From a virus (Duplodnaviria; Caudoviricetes): 64,000 nt of DNA. A program made the translations under genes and the position numbers. Under the pieces are notes generated by a model. It made no database searches. It saw nothing but the letters and a program-made list of their open reading frames with translations, and was not told the DNA's origin. This document shows, piece by piece, positions 39,314 to 46,620 of the stretch (the stretch's first letter is position 1; the number at the start of each line of letters is the position of its first letter). Where the stretch lies: positions 128,001-192,000 of the IMG/VR virus record IMGVR_UViG_3300033066_001295; one strand, written 5' to 3'.

Positions 39314-39381
39314 AGGTGGTGTTCTGTCTATTAAACTACCAGTCTCTCGACCGTGTCGGAGTTGCACCCACATTTCCACCT
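39314..39381 (-). ncRNA. stand-alone circularly permuted tRNA-like module (T-AS-D)
   Basis: AGGTGG/CCACCT ends enclosing a T arm (TGCAACT), closed acceptor (GAGA loop) and D arm TAGTTTAATAGACAGAAC. Confidence 0.7.
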
Positions 39382-39383
39382 AC

Positions 39384-39477
39384 TGGCGGATGGCAACGGA
39401 CTTGCACCGTGTGCCCCACTAAAGAGACACGATCTGTTTAGCAAACAGTCCCGGCACGCTTGTCCGGTTTACCATCC
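39384..39477 (-). tRNA. tRNA-Ser(GCT)
   Basis: Loop TTGCTAA, long V-arm. Confidence 0.9.
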
Positions 39478-39485
39478 ATAAAGAC

Positions 39486-39625
39486 TCAGGAAGAAAATCG
39501 AAGAGGGAGTGTTATCACACCGTGTAACGGGTGCTGCTCGACCGTTGAGCGTATTCTCTAATTTTGGGCAGAGGATACTGGAGTTGAACCAGTTGTTGAA
39601 GTAGCCCTGTTTCTCGCTGTCCTGA
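39486..39625 (-). ncRNA. yrlA: Y RNA (YrlA-type) copy D
   Basis: Shared stem; T arm CTGG-TTCAACT-CCAG, closed acceptor, D arm GCTCAACGGTCGAGC, one extra hairpin. Confidence 0.85.
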
Positions 39626-39674
39626 TGGCGGATGGCAGAGGATTCACACCTCCTGCACAAGTAAATGACCACCC
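39626..39674 (-). ncRNA. mini-tRNA (acceptor plus T arm, GCCA)
   Basis: GGGTGGT/GCCATCC-G-CCA and GAGG-TGTGAAT-CCTC. Confidence 0.6.
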
Positions 39675-39681
39675 ATAATTA

Positions 39682-39808
39682 ACAAGAGAAAGTTGAGTAG
39701 AGTATGACAGCTTTCGCTGTTCGGTTGGAGTCGCACCAACTAATGTCTGATTTGTAGTCAAATGCCCAACTGGTAGGCGTCGAAGTAACTCTGGCTCTCG
39801 CTGCTTGT
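39682..39808 (-). ncRNA. Y RNA-like copy E (anticodon arm followed by T arm)
   Basis: Shared stem enclosing a hairpin, TTTGA-CTACAAA-TCAGA, GTTGG-TGCGACT-CCAAC and a GAAA hairpin. Confidence 0.75.
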
Positions 39809-39809
39809 C

Positions 39810-39877
39810 TGGAGCCGGTGGTCACGGTTATTATGGCAAGCCTTTCGGCTATTCCAGTTCACAACGTGACCCCCAGC
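39810..39877 (-). ncRNA. CCA-terminated hairpin RNA
   Basis: GCTGGGGGTCACG/CGTGACCACCGGC-T-CCA. Confidence 0.5.
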
Positions 39878-39884
39878 ATTAGAT

Positions 39885-39968
39885 GAAGAAAGAAAATCGG
39901 AGAGAGGTATTAATGGCACGAGGCCATTTTCGTATTCATCGAAGTAACTCTTTTCCTCGCTGTTCTTC
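39885..39968 (-). ncRNA. minimal Y RNA-like copy F
   Basis: gaagaa-CAGCGAGGAAAAGAGTTACTTC...CTCTCTCCGATTTTCT-ttcttc with two short hairpins. Confidence 0.8.
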
Positions 39969-40043
39969 TGGAGCGATCAACGGGACTTGCACCCGTAGTC
40001 CCATCCTTGGCAAGGATGTGCTTTTCTATTAAGCTATGACCGC
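39969..40043 (-). tRNA. tRNA-Gly(GCC)
   Basis: Loop TTGCCAA, U73. Confidence 0.9.
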
Positions 40044-40049
40044 ATTAAA

Positions 40050-40124
40050 TGGGGTGTCTGACGGGTTACGCTCCCGCACTGCCTTCTTCACAGGAAGGGA
40101 TGCTACTACTACAATACAGACACC
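40050..40124 (-). tRNA. tRNA-His(GTG)
   Basis: G-1:C73, loop CTGTGAA. Confidence 0.9.
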
Positions 40125-40279
40125 ATCTTATTGATGGAAATGAATGAACATCCAGTCGCCAACTGGAATCACGTTACTGTGGCAGGATACCACTGCCGAT
40201 CTCGTGACATCTTGTTTCTAGTGCGGCTTCGCTATGTTCAATGGGGCTTAGCAAGGCCATGCCTAACACTAAGCATAAA

Positions 40280-40356
40280 TGGCGAAGCGTACGGGTTTTG
40301 CACCCGTCATGTCCACCTTGACAGGGTGGTGGCTCCTCTAAGTTGCCCTACGCTCC
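40280..40356 (-). tRNA. tRNA-Asp(GTC)
   Basis: Loop CTGTCAA, G73. Confidence 0.9.
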
Positions 40357-40822
40357 TTTTTTTGTTACCCCATGTTGGTGTTTGAGAGTGACAATTCGGA
40401 CAGATATATGCCAAATTTTCAGCCCTATCATCAATGGGGTTACCGTTTAAGTGGTCTATCTGAAGTGTGAGTTCTTTACCCATCCACTCGGACAAACCGC
40501 ACTTACTACATGAGTATTCTCGCCCAATCTCATTTAGTGCATTTCTGAGATACTTTGTACTGACCCTTGCACCTGACGTTCGGTAAATGAGCCTCTCACT
40601 TGGTGGCAGCTTATTCCAAGAGGTTTTACCTCTATTTGAAGCGAGACCTAAAAAATGAGATATGTCTATGCTATTTTCGACTATCTTACGCTTTATGAAG
40701 CGGTATATCTCACTACCATTGGGGTTACCACCTAAAGCAGAAATTAACTGCCTCAGAGACTTTGAAGATTTAGCAGCTTCACGGATAGACTCAGCATCGT
40801 ACTTCAGCTTTCTCATAGTCAT
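40307..40822 (-). CDS. HNH endonuclease
   Basis: CSKCG..LQIDHLNG..DDRAENLAYICPNCHSQT. Confidence 0.85.
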   Translation of the reverse strand: MTMRKLKYDAESIREAAKSSKSLRQLISALGGNPNGSEIYRFIKRKIVENSIDISHFLGLASNRGKTSWNKLPPSERLIYRTSGARVSTKYLRNALNEIGREYSCSKCGLSEWMGKELTLQIDHLNGNPIDDRAENLAYICPNCHSQTPTWGNKKRSVGQLRGATTLSRWT

Positions 40823-40852
40823 ACATACTGACTACGCGATCAGCATATGTGA

Positions 40853-41758
40853 TCAAGCTTTTTTGCTATTATCCCACTGCTTGTAGCGTTCACGCTTTTG
40901 AGCCGGTGTCATGCCAGCAAGCTCTTTCTGAACATCGGCATACGCCTTGTTGCCCTGAGCCTTGGCTGCACGCTGTTTGGCGTACTTGGCATCAATATCA
41001 GCAAACCCTTTCTTCACCCTAGCGTCACGAATGGTCTTGTCAGGGTCCACATACGTGGATGCCTTGGGCTGCTGAAGGGTGGCAGGAACAGCTTGGTTAG
41101 ACTTGGCACCCCAAGGGTTGGCCTTGTCCTTCTGAGACTGGAGATAAGCTTGTCCCTGCGGAGTGTTCAAAGTTGCCTGTGACGCTGCGATCTGCTCTGG
41201 AGTCCAGTTGGAAGGTCCGACTGTTGGCTTGGCAGGAGCGGGAGCGGCTACAGGGGCAGGAGCTTGAGCGGCAGGTGTCGGAGCGGCGGCTACTTGGGGT
41301 GCCGGAGCGGCAGCAGGAGCTTGAGCAGCAGGTGCTGGAGTGCCCATAGCCTGAAGCTTGGCAGCAGGAGGTAGAGCAAGAAATGCTTCCGCCTCTTTTT
41401 TAACAGAGGCCAATTCTTGACCTAGCTGCTGATATTTTGGACCCCACTTCTGAACAATGAAATTATTGATGGCGTCAGCCGTTGGACCACCAGCAGGGGC
41501 TTGAGCAGCAGGTGCCGGAGCTTGGGGTGCCGGAGCTTGGGGTGCCGGAGCGGCAGCCGGAGCTTGTGGGGCAGGCTGGTTGGCGTTAGGGTCAACAACA
41601 TCGTTGTACCCACCTGTAACATCGTGATATGCGCCAGAAACAGCGTTCCCTACAGCGGAGGCTGCACTACCAATACCTTGGCGAAGTCCACCAGCTAGTT
41701 GCCCAGCTTTGCGAAAGAACCCAGTTCCAGCCTCAAAAAGGTCGATGAACGATGACAT
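40853..41758 (-). CDS. Ala/Pro/Gln-rich protein, putative virion internal protein
   Basis: N-terminus MSSFIDLFEA; APAPQ repeats. Confidence 0.7.
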   Translation of the reverse strand: MSSFIDLFEAGTGFFRKAGQLAGGLRQGIGSAASAVGNAVSGAYHDVTGGYNDVVDPNANQPAPQAPAAAPAPQAPAPQAPAPAAQAPAGGPTADAINNFIVQKWGPKYQQLGQELASVKKEAEAFLALPPAAKLQAMGTPAPAAQAPAAAPAPQVAAAPTPAAQAPAPVAAPAPAKPTVGPSNWTPEQIAASQATLNTPQGQAYLQSQKDKANPWGAKSNQAVPATLQQPKASTYVDPDKTIRDARVKKGFADIDAKYAKQRAAKAQGNKAYADVQKELAGMTPAQKRERYKQWDNSKKA

Positions 41759-41913
41759 ATCAATAGATACTCAAAGAAAGATTTCAAAGGGGAAGGATTT
41801 ACACCTCCACACCGGTCTCTGTCAGCACACCGGTAAGCACCTAGTAATTACTTTCGGTAGCCGTAGCACCCTACTCGCTGTACAGTTGTCTTGAGCTTTG
41901 CTTTACCTCTGAA

Positions 41914-42007
41914 TGGCGGATGACTGAGGAATCGAACCCCATGCCGGTCTCCCGGACATACTCCACTTTCAAGGCGGCTGCTGGGAACACACCCAACTAA
42001 ATCATCC
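41914..42007 (-). tRNA. tRNA-Ser(TGA), Sec-like (8/4) fold
   Basis: Possible 8-bp acceptor, 6-bp D stem, loop CTTGAAA, long V-arm, G73. Confidence 0.8.
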
Positions 42008-42280
42008 AAAAAATTGCTTTTGCCGTGCCTCAGCAGGACACGAGCGAGTCCTCACTCAGAGCCACCTTTTGTGGCCCTGTTTACGGTCATAAACATAGCT
42101 TCTGCCACAACTACAGGTAACAGTAGTTCCCTTTTTCACCTTCATACTTATTCATATCAATCAGGCTGGTGAGCAGCCCTTTCTCCATGCCTATTGTGCA
42201 AATGGAATGTGGTAGAGCTAACTTTGCTCTCACTACATTTTGTGCTAACTGCCATGGTGAAGTCCATGAAGAACTGGAAA

Positions 42281-42356
42281 TGGTCCGTGTAGTTGGTAAC
42301 GCTCCAACCTGAAACACGCTTATCGGGCGTGCGCTTCTCTTCTCAGCCATACACGG
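42281..42356 (-). tRNA. tRNA-Ile(GAT)
   Basis: Loop CCGATAA (C33), A73, CCA. Confidence 0.8.
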
Positions 42357-42850
42357 TGGAAATGTTGCATCCTCAAATCGAATCACCATCCTGTTTACTT
42401 CCCTCATGCTGCGAGTTTCCCCGGAGCACTCTATGGCATCATTTTGCAGTGATGAGTCGATTTGAAGATGCCGCTGAATGAGTCCGAAGACCGACGCAGC
42501 GACATCCAAAAATCTGTTATTCACTAACGGAACCGAAGTGCCAATCAGTGAATAACAGAAAGCCATGCTATCCACTCCTTTTCGGAGTCGATGCCGCATC
42601 AGTGCATTGCGAGTGCCCTATCAGCGGAGTCGTTCGGGTGATTGTGGCCCACCCTCCATTTGGCCTTTTGGATATGTCTTGGAAATGAAAAACCCTGCTA
42701 CCTTCCGGTTTGCAGGGCCTCTGAGTTTCGTGTTATAGTGAACACTCTACGTCATAGGCCCGCTCCTGAAAACCCGATCACCCTATCGGTGACTGGGTGG
42801 CGACTTTCGTTCGCCGGTTTATAAGATTGTTTCATCGTTAACATGTGCTC

Positions 42851-42879
42851 AAGATACATAGCAGATGGGGTCTGCGCAA
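42851..42879 (-). promoter_or_regulatory. probable promoter of the RNA operon
   Basis: TTGCGC-17-TATCTT with upstream A-tracts. Confidence 0.55.
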
Positions 42880-43797
42880 CATCTTTTTTACATTTTGTCG
42901 ATTTTTTTCATCAATCACCCTTAAATCGTTGATCCTGAGAGGTTTTTTCTGGGCCGTGAACATAGACAAAATTGGCTGACAGTTCGGTTTGGAGGGATTT
43001 TCTGGCTGAAACAAGCTGTTCTTCAGAGAAATTCTCGGTTTCAAGGTCACCACCATCCATGACAAAATGATCAATTGAGCTTGAACCCATGATAATGGCG
43101 TCTTCACCATTGACTGTGTAGAGGACCATCATCGCAGCAGCATAATCAACAGTCGGATTACCTGTATTGATGAAGTACATGCGCTTGTCACGATCAACCC
43201 TGTACCCAACTCCAGCGTAAGTGGCCGGATCACCTTCGTCGTACTTGATGCTAATATGTGCAACTTTCATGTTAGTGATGTGGCCAGAACCACGTGCTTT
43301 GTCTCTACCACCTGAACAGCATGATCATTGCTAAACATGGCCCCACAGCAGTTGCAACCATACATGGAAACGTCATCCCACAGGTCTTTTGAACCACATC
43401 GACCACATCGCCCTGTAAAGTCACCTGTAGCTTCGTTATCAGGATTGTTAGCCTTGATCACCTTCAGCTTGTCCTCTTCTGATAATGTGTCCCACATGTT
43501 ATGCTGAGCACTTGCGATTAAGTTCTGTCAGGAACATGCTCCTGATATTCTGGATGTTCTTCTTGAGGTAGGATGTGAACTTCTTCTTGGCTTCTGCCTT
43601 TGAAACTTGATCACCTTGGGAATCAAAAAACCATCTCAAGTTCTTCGAGAAGTACACCTCCTTGGCATCCTCCTTGTTAAAGCCGAAGTCGAAGAGTGCC
43701 TTGATGATTTCAATGGATACCTCACGGCCACACTTGTCGGCACTATAAGCTCCACTCCACTCCTCTGCGATGTTATCTAGCTCTTTAGTTGTGTTCT

Positions 43798-44358
43798 TCA
43801 TACAAATCTATGTTTCACCCAGTTTGAATTTTCCTTTGAAGGTGACGAGTGCTGGCGGATGTACCCAGCACTAAGTCTCTTTGACACAAGACCCTCAACA
43901 AGCTTGTTACCGGGCACATCCCATTCAGCCCAGAACCTCCTAGCCTCATCTTCAGTCATGCACTGGAGGCGATACACTCCGCGTGGAATGCTTCCAACAA
44001 GTGGCAGGTAGGGAAGGTCATTGAATGCCTCACGACGTTCCAGATAAACTCCTTTGACTGTTGGCACATCAAGCACTATGAGGATGCCCTTGCCTGTGCC
44101 ACGACGTTCAAGAAACTCACAGTCGATCCATTCAAAATCTGGCAGACTATTGATCAACGGGAGCATTTCATTTTCGATTGAAAGTCTTCCCCCATGCCTG
44201 TTCCAGCAAGTCCTATGGTGAGGTGACACAAGTGCCCTCCAGCCATTGATCTTAACCTCATTAGTCCAGCCGTCACCTTTCGGGTCAGACAGTTCAAACC
44301 TACCGCCGTTAATGGGGCGCATAGGGTAGAAGGAAGGTTCTGAAGGGGCTAGGACCAT
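43798..44358 (-). CDS. minimal ATP-dependent ligase / covalent nucleotidyltransferase (adenylation domain only)
   Basis: Motif I EVKINGWR, III DCEFL, IV EGLVSK, V WVK; no OB domain. Confidence 0.75.
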   Translation of the reverse strand: MVLAPSEPSFYPMRPINGGRFELSDPKGDGWTNEVKINGWRALVSPHHRTCWNRHGGRLSIENEMLPLINSLPDFEWIDCEFLERRGTGKGILIVLDVPTVKGVYLERREAFNDLPYLPLVGSIPRGVYRLQCMTEDEARRFWAEWDVPGNKLVEGLVSKRLSAGYIRQHSSPSKENSNWVKHRFV

Positions 44359-45232
44359 ATGATGTCGTACTTCATGAAAAATAACGAGAAACAGTTTCGT
44401 GGTCCATGCCATCTGTGAAAATCCAACGAAATCCACCACGCTTTTGCAATTGGCACCACCAACCACCACGTCCGCTGAAGGATAGTCTGAGATTAGGGTT
44501 ATCCTTGGCAAGGTATGACAGGGCGAGAAATTTTCGCCTTCTTGCCTGAACTTCAGGGTGCTCAGTAGCCTTGCGCAGAGCGTCACCAATCTTGAGCTTC
44601 GGCTTTGGGTCTTCTCCAGACATAGCTCTGCTCAAAGAGGTTAAAGACTCCTGAAGCTTGCTAACAAGCTGTGTTGTTTCAGGACTCACAGCACCTCCCC
44701 TTTCTCAGAGATTTTACCTGAGTTGATCAGGTCTCGGGCAGTGCGGCCATACCAGCCCTGAAGGCTCCACACTTCACCTGTTTTGATCAGGTACGCCCAT
44801 GCTTCCAGTTGATCCTCCTCAGAGGCACCTTCGCCTTCACAGAAGCCTTCAGCGTAAGCACAGGCGAGGTATGAATTCCACTTGATCTTTGTTGGTGTGC
44901 TCATGGTATTAGCAGACTGGGATGAGTTCTCCTTCACCGGCTTCTCTCAGCCAGAAATTGCCACAAGACATGCCACTGATTGGAAACAGGAGGCTCTTGT
45001 CCTTCTCATTCCGCAACAGCCGCCATGTCTTGCCACGACCATTCTGAGGGGTGAGGATATAAGGTGCCTGCAAGTCGGCATCCTCCGGTTTGACAGGCTC
45101 AACGGTGACGTTGTACGCCTTGCCGTTGATGATGATGTTGGTTGTAGCTGGGGCTGTTGTTGGCATAAAAGTTGGGGAAGAATGTTGAAAAAGATTGGGG
45201 CTGGTCCCACCACGAGACCAGCCCCGGCACCA

Positions 45233-45820
45233 CTACTTCACTCCCGCCGTAGCAGGGAATGTGAAGACCTCATTGAGGGCAGTTGCCTCCTCAACAGAAA
45301 GGGCAGTGAAAAGCTCACGCACACCGATAGGGACGAAGTCTTCCTTGGAAGTGAGAGCTTCGGAAACACCATACTTGGTGAAAAGCTCGACAAGGTCATT
45401 GACCAGCTTGCCAGTCTTGGCCACACCGATTTTCTCAGTGAGAACATCACCATCAACCTTGAGGTTAAAACGCTGACGGAACAGCTTGTCAGTGTTCTTC
45501 TTGCCGATGGCTTCCTCAACTTGTTTGAGGTCGGCACCGCTCTTGTAGGCGGCGGTATAAACAACGAGAACAGAACCCGTGTCGCCAACGGCTGACACAC
45601 CGAGTTCGTCACTGCCATCCTTGATATGCTGGGCGGCGACGGGGAAAACTTCCTCCTTCAATTCGTCCTTGTAACGCTTCACCTCGCCTTCCAAGACCTT
45701 GATCTGACGATCCTTGTCAACGATCTTGTTGACGAGCGAACGATTGCCATCAAAAACCGGGTAATCCTTGCCCTTTTTGGTGGAAGACTTTGCGACGGAA
45801 CCGAGTGGGACTGTTTTCAT
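45233..45820 (-). CDS. hypothetical early protein
   Basis: 195-aa ORF behind the conserved promoter at 45854..45881. Confidence 0.7.
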   Translation of the reverse strand: MKTVPLGSVAKSSTKKGKDYPVFDGNRSLVNKIVDKDRQIKVLEGEVKRYKDELKEEVFPVAAQHIKDGSDELGVSAVGDTGSVLVVYTAAYKSGADLKQVEEAIGKKNTDKLFRQRFNLKVDGDVLTEKIGVAKTGKLVNDLVELFTKYGVSEALTSKEDFVPIGVRELFTALSVEEATALNEVFTFPATAGVK

Positions 45821-46078
45821 AGTGGTGTGTGGTGTGGTTTATTGTTCGACACCAATATATCGAAAGTAAGTCACCTGTCAAAGAGAAAAGACATTTTTTC
45901 TTTCTTTTTTCACTTTTGAAGCGAGACTGCTACATGAGCAACCCAAACCTGCCACCACCTGACTGGGGGGCAAAACCGACAGCAAGCCGGGAAGATGATG
46001 GCACCGTTACGGTGGAAGTGACCGGCACTATCTCAACTGACAAGCTGAGGGAGAAATCCTCAAGAATAGGCCAAAGGA

Positions 46079-46612
46079 TCAAGCAAATCTTTGCTTTCTG
46101 GAGAAGATCGAAATAGCCTCTTTGATCTGTGGAAGGTAGGGCCTGATTGAGGCGAACCTGTCTTCCTCACCCTGCTTTGGAGGGGCGGAAAGAGCCTCAA
46201 ATGCCTTCTCAATCTTCTTGCTGTTGGTGTAAAGGGCATGTTTCAGCCTTTTGATCACCCTTGAAGCTTCAACAAAAGCCCTCGATGTCTTTGGCAACCT
46301 TGTCATGGCCTTTTCAGCCCAGATGGCAAGCTTTCCGCCCTTCCCAATCAAGTCACCAATAGCTGGAATGCACGAAATGATCGACAAACCTGCAAAGAGG
46401 TAATTTGGAGGAGTATCTGACAGATAGATGACTGCGTTGGCAGCATCAGCAAACTCGCCTATTCCGGGGATCAAGCCCATGACATCAAGACCTGTCTGGA
46501 CAGCGTCACGAAACATACCTTCTCCCATGGAAGCAAGAGCCTCCTCATGGAGCAGAGCCAGATCATCTGGCTGGAAGGTGTTGTCGATTGCTTGAAGGAA
46601 TGAAGTAGCCAT
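46079..46612 (-). CDS. pre-toxin TG (PT-TG)-like domain protein
   Basis: QTGLDVMGLIPGIGEFADAANAVIY..AGLS..IPAIGD. Confidence 0.65.
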   Translation of the reverse strand: MATSFLQAIDNTFQPDDLALLHEEALASMGEGMFRDAVQTGLDVMGLIPGIGEFADAANAVIYLSDTPPNYLFAGLSIISCIPAIGDLIGKGGKLAIWAEKAMTRLPKTSRAFVEASRVIKRLKHALYTNSKKIEKAFEALSAPPKQGEEDRFASIRPYLPQIKEAISIFSRKQRFA

Positions 46613-46620
46613 GACAATAA

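Noticed and set aside
41914-42007. tRNA-Sec or opal suppressor
   Set aside because: The anticodon reads TGA (decodes Ser UCA), not TCA. No suppressor tRNA was found and ORFs are intact in code 11.
42111-42599. 162-aa ORF
   Set aside because: Overlaps tRNA-Ile and structured RNA and has no protein motif; likely spurious, as are most short ORFs over the tRNA array.
42687-42720. SRP RNA (CCGGAAGG..AGCAG)
   Set aside because: Lacks the CAGG side of the symmetric loop and the long rod; it pairs as a hairpin followed by a U-tract, like a terminator.
44882-45595. 237-aa plus-strand ORF
   Set aside because: Antisense to packed minus-strand genes that have their own promoter.
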